Below are positions 1-9,233 of a DNA stretch of 64,000 nt, piece after piece (the stretch's first letter is position 1; each line of letters begins with the position of its first letter). The stretch is taken from NCBI GenBank assembly GCA_965644265.1, contig OZ286474.1, positions 57,288,001 through 57,352,000 on the forward strand, in the 5' to 3' direction. The DNA comes from Glycera tridactyla (lineage: Eukaryota). A program made the position numbers and the translations under genes. The notes below the pieces were generated by a model. The model ran no database searches and was not told the DNA's origin. It was given only the letters and a program-made list of their open reading frames with translations.

Positions 1-134
1 AGGAGAGAAAGAGAGAAAGAGAGAAAGAGAAAGAAAGGAAGAGAGAAAGACAGAGAGAGAAAGATAGGTAGATAGATAGATAGAGGGAGAGAAAGAGAGA
101 GGTGGATAGATAGAGAGAGAAAGAGATAGAGAGA

Positions 135-213
<79 letters not shown>

Positions 214-552
214 TATCCGACATCANNNNNNNNNNNNNNNNNNNNNNNNNNNNNNNNNNNNNNNNNNNNNNNNNNNNNNNNNNNNNNNNNNNNNNNNNNN
301 NNNNNNNNNNNNNNNNNNNNNNNNNNNNNNNNNNNNNNNNNNNNNNNNNNNNNNNNNNNNNNNNNNNNNNNNNNNNNNNNNNNNNNNNNNNNNNNNNNNN
401 NNNNNNNNNNNNNNNNNNNNNNNNNNNNNNNNNNNNNNNNNNNNNNNNNCATGAAATGAAGCGAAGACACAGAGAGAAAGATAGAGAGAGATAGAGAGAA
501 AGATAGAGAGAGATAGAGAGAAAGATAGAGAGAGATAGAGAGAGATAGAGAG
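1..552. repeat. (GA)n/(GATA)n microsatellite interrupted by an assembly gap
   Basis: GA and GATA runs at 1-204 and 471-552, with N-run 226-449 between them. Confidence 0.95.
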
Positions 553-1634
553 GATTGATTTATCCGATGCTTCCTGCTAATTTCTACAACTAATTATACC
601 AGTCTACCTTGTCTGCCGAGTGTCGGGTTATCCTTATTGTTCTGATTAAGCACGTTTCCTCGAATTTGATGCTGTCTAATGTCGGTGGCGTGCAAAACCA
701 TAATATCAAACATGGAAATTGTTACACGGTAACTTACACCTCCTTCAGACCTATTTCTTTCTAACATGGCTTGTTGACAATTCTGTCCATCATTTCATTA
801 TCGAATACAGTCAATCTTCACCCAAACATGAAACTATGGGATGTAGAAAATACGTGTGCTTAAAGTAAGTTCATGCTTATTACAGGCTACATATAGTGGA
901 AAATACTCTAGTGGAATGAACATAACCCTCGAACATGTCTTGCCTAGGACAAGTTCAACTGAATTCCATTTATATCGAATCTACCATATATGCTCGAATT
1001 AATGCTCGTTAAGCCATATGCATCCAGGATCGATGACCCAATAAATGATATTCAGCTCATTATAGCTCATATATCAAATATTACCACCCACCATCTATGA
1101 TTTATTCATACCAATCCTGCTCATTAGTGCATCGATCTGAAATATCATCATTCGCAATTTATGATCTGATTATATATTATTCAGCCAATTAGTAGTTCAA
1201 TGCTGGGAATGAACACCTACAATATATAATCCGGTTCGATGATATCAACCCCATTTACGCCATTGTTGAATATACTCATCCACCCTCAATGATCCAATTG
1301 GTGTCATCCAGCGCATAATTCAATCAATATGCATCATGACCACCTAACACAACTGACCCTATGATTGTTACAAAGTCTTTAAGCCTAGTGCGCCCATCAT
1401 GTACCTCTGTGATATAATATCTGATTGATGCTTTTCAAGCCATTGGTCAATCTGAATGGAATATGAGCATCTCTGATCCAATATATGCCATTCTGCACAT
1501 CAATCCTCAAATATCTTTTATGACCATCGGCAGTCTATGATCCAGACGAAACTTTCACCCGGTTAGTCAATCAATGTGATACATATGATCTTCTATCATG
1601 CACAACTTTTTCATGGACTAAACACTACATAAGA

Positions 1635-1811
1635 CAGTAGAATCTGTCCATGAAGGTCACCTTTGGTCACATCAAAAATTGGCCTTCTAAGATAGGTGAC
1701 CGTCATAGAGGGTTTATTCACTGTTGAAAAGGATATCACGGTCGCAGCTCAGGGTGGCTTCTACATGCAGTTTTTCATATGGAGTTGGTCTCTAGAGCAG
1801 GTTCAACTTTA
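1635..1811. mobile_element. Possible degenerate Tc1/pogo-like MITE remnant
   Basis: CAGTAGAATCTGTC at 1635 pairs imperfectly with GAGCAGGTTCAACTTT at ~1796-1810. There is also an internal inverted pair GGTCACCT (~1655) / AGGTGACC (~1694). Heavily diverged, with no clean TA TSD. Confidence 0.3.
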
Positions 1812-2022
1812 ATATGGAACACATCCATTTGTCAAGCGCAGGGTTCCATCAATGATATGCGGAGATTCCCCGCTCGTCCTATCGGGATCATGGAACATAT
1901 ATCCGCGCTAATGCTGCGGTCAAAGTCTGCAGCTTCCGGGATTGTCTGCTATCGATGAAAAAAGGAAGGTGCACGGAAATAGATATTACTTACACATATT
2001 ATATTCCAGGTAAAATGCTTTT

Positions 2023-2145
2023 TAGTCCGGTGGCTTATGTAGCATATTTGGGTCCCGTGTGCTTGGAATGTTAATTTTATCCAACTTATATGGTTGCATC
2101 AAGCATACTCTGGAGAACATAAAAATGGTTGTTGGAAATTTTTTC
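2023..2145 (+). repeat. Left TIR of the AcademX element
   Basis: 20 bp perfect, then imperfect blocks matching the right end: GTCCCGTGTGCTTGGAATGTTAATTTTATCC and AAAAATGGTTGTTGGAAATTTTT. Confidence 0.88.
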
Positions 2146-2747
2146 AATGAATTTTTCATTGAGAAAAATGATATCAAAGTTGCAGGATTTGGGAAAAAAT
2201 TGTAATGTGTGGTGGGCTCTCCATACTCCCCGAATATGTAAGCGACCACACTAATCGACTTAACAGATGGGCAATCCGACACCCTGGTATGGTGGTTGGG
2301 TGATTAAGGAGGGGGAAATCCCTCTCACCCCCACCCCTCACTCACATTCCCCGACAATATTATCACCTAGAAGAGCATGCAGCCTTGTGTAACACCAGTC
2401 ACAAAATCACACGAGTATTGGACAATTTGAGCTTCAGGATTCACCATTTATCTGGTAAGTTTGATATATTCTTTTCTCAGTATTTTCTCATGCTGATTGT
2501 TTCTTTTGAGTGGAAAAAAATCTCAGTCAATTCATGTATTTTGGCTCTTAGTGTGATTCACCCATTAACAGAAGTCTTCTCTTCATTGATAGACATGAAA
2601 GTGCCTGCAGATATTTTGCCTCTATAGATGTGTTTATACCATTTCCGTCACAGGATAAAGAACAGGGATATACAGAAAATATCAAATGTTGTTTGTTTCA
2701 TCAAATCCATTGAAAGCAGGATGAATGGTGCCTTGCACTGAACATAT

Positions 2748-2876
2748 GCATGCACACATATACACACACACATACATACAAACATATGCATGTATGCACA
2801 CACATGTATGTACACATACACACATGCATGCTCACACTCACACATGTGCACATATACATATGAACACACATACATA
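2748..2876. repeat. Compound (CA)/(TA)/CATG microsatellite inside the AcademX 5' non-coding region
   Basis: Degenerate CACA/CATA/CATG array. Confidence 0.9.
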
Positions 2877-3425
2877 AAAAATGGACTGGTACATGTGGTT
2901 TAATGTAATCAATGAATATTGATAGACAAAATAATCCGGGGCAATTTTAACATATGTGATGCAGAAGTACCCACCTCCCTTGACCTATTTATGGCTTCTG
3001 TAGCCTCGTTCCTCAATATGGCTGACGCCTACTGTGGTCAGGCAGTAATGTAACCAAGTGACGGGCCTTCTCCACCCACGGTGAATGTATATATGGCAAG
3101 CCAGATTCCCGNNNNNNNNNNNNNNNNNNNNNNNNNNNNNNNNNNNNNNNNNNNNNNNNNNNNNNNNNNNNNNNNNNNNNNNNNNNNNNNNNNNNNNNNN
3201 NNNNNNNNNNNNNNNNNNNNNNNNNNNNNNNNNNNNNNNNNNNNNNNNNNNNNNNNNNNNNNNNNNNNNNNNNNNNNNNNNNNNNNNNNNNNNNNNNNNN
3301 NNNNNNNNNNNNNNNNNNNNNNNNGACTAAATTATTTGTGGAACTGTTTCAGGGGTTTTGGCTGTAGTCAAGTCGTCCGGATGTGGTGAAGAGAGTCTTT
3401 CCATCCATCTTGAAACAGCGAAGCG

Positions 3426-6400
3426 ATGGATGAAGAGGATCACCCGCCAACCAAGATCCGCAAAGAAACTGACTTCAGCCTCTGCGTCATATGTCAGCTA
3501 CCAGGAAACTTGATCAACACCCCTGCAGAAAAATCTTACCAGACCCTTCTCACATATGTTAGAGGACGTGCTGAATATGGGGAAGGAAGTTATCCCAGTA
3601 TTTCTGCAAGGCTGCAGCAGGAAACTGCAGACTCTCTCATAGTGAAAAAGGCGACTTGGCATCGAACATGCTACTCTGACACTTGCCACAAGAAGCATTT
3701 TGATGCAGCTAAAAAATGTTTTGAAAAAGCACTGCATGCTGGAACAAGTGCTCTGAATCAAAAAGTGGGACGCCCATCTCTTGCATCAGAATGTAGTGAT
3801 GGTGCTGCAAGTGATTCAGCAATTCCTTTCACGCGTTCTTCTTCTAGCCGATTCAATTCCAGCCTGTGTTTTTTCTGCCAGACTACCAGTAGCAGTAAAT
3901 TGCATGAAGTCTCATCTTTCAATGCAGGGACTAAGCTAAGAAATGCTGTTCAGAACTCGGGTAATGACTATTTGAAGGTACGACTGAATGAGGCATTGAA
4001 TCCCGTTGATGCACGTGCTATCGATGTGAAATATCATTTGAAATGTTGGGTGAAGAATGTTGAAAGAGCAAAACCTTCGGATGAAGTTGTATCAAAGTCT
4101 GATGATGTATTAAATGATGAAAACTATAGATGTGTAGCAAGTGACATTGAGTTTTTCAGCTTTGTGAATGATATGTTAGCTGATGGGTCAGTACTAAGCA
4201 TGGCAGCACTTCAGAATATGTATGAGAAGATACAGTGTTCAAATGGTGTTTCAGATATTGGAATTGATCGACGAGTACTGAAGAATAAACTGGCCAATCA
4301 CAATTCCGACATTGAATTCTCTAAACCAGTGAGAAAAAATGAATCGGAAAGAGTGTTTAAGAAAGCAGTACGTGATAAAGCAATACATAACACTGTTGAG
4401 GCATCACATGATCCTGAGGGAGATATGCTACTAGTGTTCAAATGTGCAAGACTTCTTCGTCAGACAATTTCAACTCATATGAAAAAGGGGTGGGTTTTCG
4501 AAGGAAAACTTAATGATCCACATATTGGGGACCATGTACCACCAGAATTATTCTCATTTCTTCGTTGGTTGATCATAGGACCCTCCTCTAAATTTGGTAC
4601 AGAATTGGATGGCATGACTAATGTCCAGATCACCAATATTGCTGATGTTATTTTACAATCTTTCAAGACAGATAGACAGGTATGTTACCATGAGGGCAAA
4701 GGAGAAGTTCACTTCCGTTCAAAGCATGACTGGCCTCTCCAGTTGGCCATAGCCATTGCAGTTCATCAGTCAACAAGAAGCAAACAACTGATCGATCTTT
4801 TGCATGGATTTGGATTGAGTGTTGATTACAATAGATTGCTTCAGCTAGAAAACCAACTGGCAAATGCGATCACTGCAGAAATTGAAGAGTTGGGTGTGTA
4901 TATTCCACCAGCTCTTGTGAAAGGAAGATTCATCTTTTTTGCCATAGATAACTCTGATTTTTCTGAAGACACGCCAGATGGTAAAGGCACAACCCATGCC
5001 ACGGCTACTGCCATCTTTCAACAGGTATATGAAGGTGAAACTGTGCCAGTTATCAAACCATCACCGAATAGTGGGAAAGAGTTTCTTGACCACTACAAAG
5101 ATAAACAAATTTTGCAGTGTCATGTAAGTTGCAATGCGAAACCAACTTTGCCTGTCTCCACGACATTTGTTCCAGGTGAAGATGAAACACTACTCCAAGA
5201 AACAAAACTTCATGATGTTGCATGGATAATGTCCAAAACTGTTCCTTTAGATGATGATTCTAATGATGGTACTAATGAGAAACCAAACGAAATCCCAACC
5301 TGGTCAGCATACAATTCAGTTTTAACCAAACCAAAACCAATCACTAGTGTCTCAGTTCTTCCACTTGTCGCTGCACCAGCTACTGATTGGGGGACTCTTT
5401 TAACGGTTCTGAAACAGGCTCAACACATCAATGCTGTTGTTGTTGGACCAGAAAGAAAAACTGTCATCACTCTCGATCTTCAGCTATATGAGAAAGCCAA
5501 ATGCTTAGAGATGACAAGAGAAGACTGTGCTGGAAAATGGGTTCTTCGTCTTGGTGAACTTCACACTTTGATGGCAGCTTTACGAACTGTTGGTTCAGCC
5601 ATTGAAGGCAGTGGGATTGATGATGCTTGGGTAGAGTCTAATATCTATGGACCTACAACTGGAAGACAGATCCTTGAATGCAAGCATATGAAACGTTCCC
5701 TGAATGCTCATGTGATTACACTGCTTGCTTTGTATTCTCTCTATCAAGATGCATTTTTTAAGGATAGGCCTGAATTGAAACAAGTATGTGAGCCAGCCCT
5801 TCAAGCAATTAGAGACCTGTGGAAAGGCAAAGATATGGTGAGTGAATCCCATCTACATGTGACAAGTACCCTCAAAGACAAGGTTCTCCCTCAACTGCAA
5901 GACTTTAATGAGAAAAACCGCCAGAAACCCATGTTCACTGTTTTCTATGAGTATATGGATATGGTTTTACTGATCTTGGCTTTTGTTCGAGCAACTCGTG
6001 ATGGTGATTGGGATTTGCACTTGGCTTCTACTGAAGGGCTAGCCAAATACTTCTTTGCACATGACAAATTGAAATATGCACGGATGGTGCCACTCTATGT
6101 CTCAGATATGCACTCACTCAAGAATACAAATCCAGAAATCTGGGCTGAGTTTCAGGCTGGAAACTTTGTTGTGAACAAAAACAAAGTTCCATTCTGTGCA
6201 ATAGGACCAGATCATGGCATTGAACATGAGAATCGATGGATGAAAGTTGCGGGTGGCTTAGTGGGCATAACACTGAATGAGAGTGCCTCTACCAGGTTAT
6301 TTCTTATCACACCTGAGCTTGCCCGTCTTGCTGAAGAGAGCAGGTCACTTGCTGGGATTAATAATTCCATTCAGGCACAACACCATGAATTGTCATCAAC

Positions 6401-6683
6401 ATTCACTGCGAGACAGCATGATCAAGTTGATAAATTGAGATCAGTTTTCCTCCAGTACAACAATCCTTTCATGTATGAGGGAGATGAGCTGCTGAGTTTA
6501 CTCAGTTCAGCTGTCATGCCACCACGAGTTGTTTCTGATCTTTGCAATCAGAAAAGCATTGGCACCAATCTCTATATGCAGTTTGTGTCCGAGAGGGTGA
6601 TCTCCAATTCTGTCAATTTCTGGGCTCCAATGAGAAAGGCAAATCTGAATGTTTGGAAAAGTGCCTCCAAGTACGGACAATGA
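3426..6683 (+). CDS. Academ transposase (5' part of a frameshift-split ORF), 1085 aa
   Basis: Uninterrupted 1085-codon ORF. Two N-terminal CxxC...HxxC motifs (CVICQ...WHRTC; CFFCQ...YHLKC). Academ-type core motifs FAIDNSDFSEDTPDGKGTTH, TVITLDLQLYEKA, LRLGELHTLM, RATRDGDWDLHL and DHGIEHENRWMKVAGGLVGIT. Lies between Academ-type TIRs. Confidence 0.85.
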   Translation: MDEEDHPPTKIRKETDFSLCVICQLPGNLINTPAEKSYQTLLTYVRGRAEYGEGSYPSISARLQQETADSLIVKKATWHRTCYSDTCHKKHFDAAKKCFEKALHAGTSALNQKVGRPSLASECSDGAASDSAIPFTRSSSSRFNSSLCFFCQTTSSSKLHEVSSFNAGTKLRNAVQNSGNDYLKVRLNEALNPVDARAIDVKYHLKCWVKNVERAKPSDEVVSKSDDVLNDENYRCVASDIEFFSFVNDMLADGSVLSMAALQNMYEKIQCSNGVSDIGIDRRVLKNKLANHNSDIEFSKPVRKNESERVFKKAVRDKAIHNTVEASHDPEGDMLLVFKCARLLRQTISTHMKKGWVFEGKLNDPHIGDHVPPELFSFLRWLIIGPSSKFGTELDGMTNVQITNIADVILQSFKTDRQVCYHEGKGEVHFRSKHDWPLQLAIAIAVHQSTRSKQLIDLLHGFGLSVDYNRLLQLENQLANAITAEIEELGVYIPPALVKGRFIFFAIDNSDFSEDTPDGKGTTHATATAIFQQVYEGETVPVIKPSPNSGKEFLDHYKDKQILQCHVSCNAKPTLPVSTTFVPGEDETLLQETKLHDVAWIMSKTVPLDDDSNDGTNEKPNEIPTWSAYNSVLTKPKPITSVSVLPLVAAPATDWGTLLTVLKQAQHINAVVVGPERKTVITLDLQLYEKAKCLEMTREDCAGKWVLRLGELHTLMAALRTVGSAIEGSGIDDAWVESNIYGPTTGRQILECKHMKRSLNAHVITLLALYSLYQDAFFKDRPELKQVCEPALQAIRDLWKGKDMVSESHLHVTSTLKDKVLPQLQDFNEKNRQKPMFTVFYEYMDMVLLILAFVRATRDGDWDLHLASTEGLAKYFFAHDKLKYARMVPLYVSDMHSLKNTNPEIWAEFQAGNFVVNKNKVPFCAIGPDHGIEHENRWMKVAGGLVGITLNESASTRLFLITPELARLAEESRSLAGINNSIQAQHHELSSTFTARQHDQVDKLRSVFLQYNNPFMYEGDELLSLLSSAVMPPRVVSDLCNQKSIGTNLYMQFVSERVISNSVNFWAPMRKANLNVWKSASKYGQ

Positions 6684-8227
6684 ACCAGACATCACAATTG
6701 AAAGAAGAACGTGCTCTGTTTGCTCGATGCCTGATTGTCGCAAGATCACGACCAGAAATTGATGTAAAGTCTGCACTTGGGGTTCATGAATTTTCTAAAT
6801 ATCCCCGAGCTTTGTTCTCATCAACTGGAGAAGTTCTTCCCTGCTTGGACGAGAGCAAATTGATGGTGGCATTGGAAAACCTTCCAAGTGAAGGCAACAT
6901 GACATCAACTGAGCCTATTGAAATTGGAAATAAAGCTACAATCATAATTGATGCCATGGGTGTTGTCCAAGGAATGGGAAAACCTTCATGGGTGAGAACA
7001 TGCAAAGATATTGCTGATCATTTCTGTAGTATTATTGAACACAGGTCAATGCCATATAGTGAGGTTCACTTGATTTTCGATCGTTATGATATCCCAATGT
7101 CACTGAAGAATGTCACCAAAACACACCAACGAAGTAAAGGGGCAGGTATCATTTATGACATCTCTGACAACACCTTAATCACCAGTGTATCATTGAAACG
7201 TTTGCTCTCAGAAACATTGACAAAGGACTACCTTACTGCATATCTGGCTGAAAAAGTCCTTGCAAAATTTCATGAGTCAAATAAAAGCTTTGTTGTCGCA
7301 TACAGAGATATGGCTATCTCTAATCGAATAGATGTTCAACATCTGAGAAGCACGCATGAGGAGGCTGACACCAAAATACTTCTTCATGCAGTTGATGCAG
7401 TGAAGCGTGGGACAACAGATCTGGACATTCAGTCATCAGATACTGATGTTTTAGTCCTTACCCTTCATCGGTTCTCTGAACTATGCACAAACACACGGTT
7501 TTTAACTGGTGCAGGTTCAGGTAAGCGTGCTATCATGTTAGCACCAATCCATGAAGCTCTAGGTGAGACTAAATGTCAGGCACTCCTGGGGTTCCATGCA
7601 ATGTCAGGATGTGATTTGACTGGGAGATTTGCTGGCAGGAGTAAGCTAGCCTGGTTCAAGGGATTTCTGAAAGCAGACAAGGCTATGCTCAATGCTTTAA
7701 CTGATTTAGCAGATGTCAGTTCACCATTGCTCTCAATTTCTGAGGCATTAGAACAATTTGTGTGTCAGGTGTACCAACCAGGGACTGCTTTTCACAGCAC
7801 ATCTGAACTCAGGTGGCACTTCTTCAGCAAGAAACAAGCTGAAGGTGAAAAACTTCCCCCAACAAAAGGAGCTCTGTTTCAGCACTTTCTTAGAGCAAAG
7901 TACCAGGCAGTAGTTTGGAATTCCGATACTGTGGCAACGCCAGAATCACCTGACCCTCAGGAGTATGGCTGGAGCATGAATTCTGGTTCATTTAGTCCCA
8001 TTCCCAGTCTTGTTCCTCCAGCCCCTCTAGCAATTACTGAGCTCATCAAGTGCAGCTGCAGTAAGACACAATGTTCTTCACGATGCTCCTGCAAAAAGCA
8101 TGGGCTGCTCTGCACAGACATGTGTCAGTGTGGTGCTGATGACGGCCTTTGTCAGAATATCATCGAGTTCAATCTACCACAGTTGTTTGATGAAATGACT
8201 GGAGATGATGATGAGCTTGTTGAATAG
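6542..8227 (+). CDS. XPG/FEN1-like (PIN-fold) nuclease plus C-terminal CXC-like Cys cluster; 3' part of the Academ ORF (the homologous part probably begins at ~6671)
   Basis: Acidic motifs IIIDAMG, HLIFDRYD, HEEADTKILLHA, SSDTDVLVL and an H2TH/H3TH-like SGCDLTGRFAGRSK. C-terminal CSCSKTQCSSRCSCKKHGLLCTDMCQCGADDGLC. Frame is -1 relative to the upstream ORF. Confidence 0.85.
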   Translation: MQSEKHWHQSLYAVCVREGDLQFCQFLGSNEKGKSECLEKCLQVRTMNQTSQLKEERALFARCLIVARSRPEIDVKSALGVHEFSKYPRALFSSTGEVLPCLDESKLMVALENLPSEGNMTSTEPIEIGNKATIIIDAMGVVQGMGKPSWVRTCKDIADHFCSIIEHRSMPYSEVHLIFDRYDIPMSLKNVTKTHQRSKGAGIIYDISDNTLITSVSLKRLLSETLTKDYLTAYLAEKVLAKFHESNKSFVVAYRDMAISNRIDVQHLRSTHEEADTKILLHAVDAVKRGTTDLDIQSSDTDVLVLTLHRFSELCTNTRFLTGAGSGKRAIMLAPIHEALGETKCQALLGFHAMSGCDLTGRFAGRSKLAWFKGFLKADKAMLNALTDLADVSSPLLSISEALEQFVCQVYQPGTAFHSTSELRWHFFSKKQAEGEKLPPTKGALFQHFLRAKYQAVVWNSDTVATPESPDPQEYGWSMNSGSFSPIPSLVPPAPLAITELIKCSCSKTQCSSRCSCKKHGLLCTDMCQCGADDGLCQNIIEFNLPQLFDEMTGDDDELVE

Positions 8228-9067
8228 GCATGTTGATGTATGACAATTCACGAGCATTACACTTAATCACTGAGGATAATGATAAGATGACAGGTTAAAG
8301 TATCATAATTGATCAGCATCACAATCAATCGTCGCCATGAATCAAGTTATGAAATATTGTAGCACTTTACAGATATATCACTTACTTCACTTGTGATAGA
8401 ATATTGACTCGAAAAAAAGATCAGAATATTTGGTAGGTTATGCTGTTGAACCTTTGTTAGCAAAGTTCACCATAAGCAATGATTTCACTGGAAATGAACT
8501 ATGAAGGATCTCTGAATATATCTGCTTAGAAAGACCAATGTTCATGCCAAAAGGTGGTTTTTGTTGACATGTTTGACTATACAGTAATAGAATATGATGA
8601 TGAAGACAACACATCTGAAATCCTTTTACCAGAAGTTATTTTCACTTTAGTAGATGTTATTCAGAGAGTCATGGTGTGTTGATATTGCATGCATACAGAC
8701 GTGTGTGTGACACCAGCCATGCATTCATCCGTACCAAATCATTTTTTGCATATTTTCCATTTCAAAATAGGACTAGTTCAAAAAGGTGCTGATTATTCAA
8801 TATTTCCAGCTGTGCTCTGTGACTTGCTGAGGCAAATTTCAGTTATTGAAATGGAGCTAGGATAATTCATGATATGATGCATTTCATTTGTCTATTTTTT
8901 TCATGATTATTTGTATAATAACTGTATGATATTGTTTTCTACTGATTCTGTAAACTGTAAATACCCTTTTTCAATATTAAACTATGTTCATTTGTATAAG
9001 AGCATGTTTTTATTTAAATTCAAAATAAAATTTCATGGAGATTTGCCCTATTTTTGTTGGTTCCTCC

Positions 9068-9110
9068 GGACCTGACCTGGCGTGACCTTTGACCTTTGAC
9101 CTTTGACCCT
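9068..9110 (+). repeat. Subterminal TGACCTT heptamer array
   Basis: TGACCTT x3 plus TGACCCT at 9083-9110, preceded by GGACCT and TGACCT, directly inside the right TIR. Confidence 0.85.
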
Positions 9111-9121
9111 TAGGCCCAAAA

Positions 9122-9233
9122 GAAAAATTTCCAACAATCATTTTTGAAAAGCCTGGACCTCATAGATCATTGCTGGGTATGTGGGATAAAATTAACATTC
9201 CATGCACACGGGACTACATAAGCCACCGGACTA
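9122..9233 (-). repeat. Right TIR of the AcademX element
   Basis: Reverse complement of 2023-2145, with a perfect terminal 20 bp. Confidence 0.88.

Larger units (their letters stand above)
2023..9233 (+). mobile_element. Full-length Academ-superfamily DNA transposon, AcademX type (transposase + XPG-like nuclease + Cys-rich domain)
   Basis: TAGTCCGGTGGCTTATGTAG (2023-2042) is the exact reverse complement of CTACATAAGCCACCGGACTA (9214-9233). TTT flanks both ends (2020-2022, 9234-9236). TAG...CTA ends, a 3-bp TSD and the internal domain order all match Academ. Contains one gap (3112-3324). Confidence 0.9.

Noticed and set aside
201-567. 20-bp repeat GAGAGGATTGATTTATCCGA on both sides of the first gap
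   Set aside because: Most simply explained as redundant assembly of one microsatellite flank (two alleles or overlapping contigs).
6640-6690. Programmed -1 frameshift or intron joining the Academ ORFs
   Set aside because: There is no in-frame slippery heptamer. The only nearby GT...AG pair is ~18 nt apart, and a longer intron would delete the conserved LKEERALFARCL.
3426-8227. Host XPG/FEN1 DNA-repair gene or bacterial contaminant
   Set aside because: The region is intronless, fused to a transposase, and bounded by TIRs and a TSD within microsatellite-rich animal DNA.
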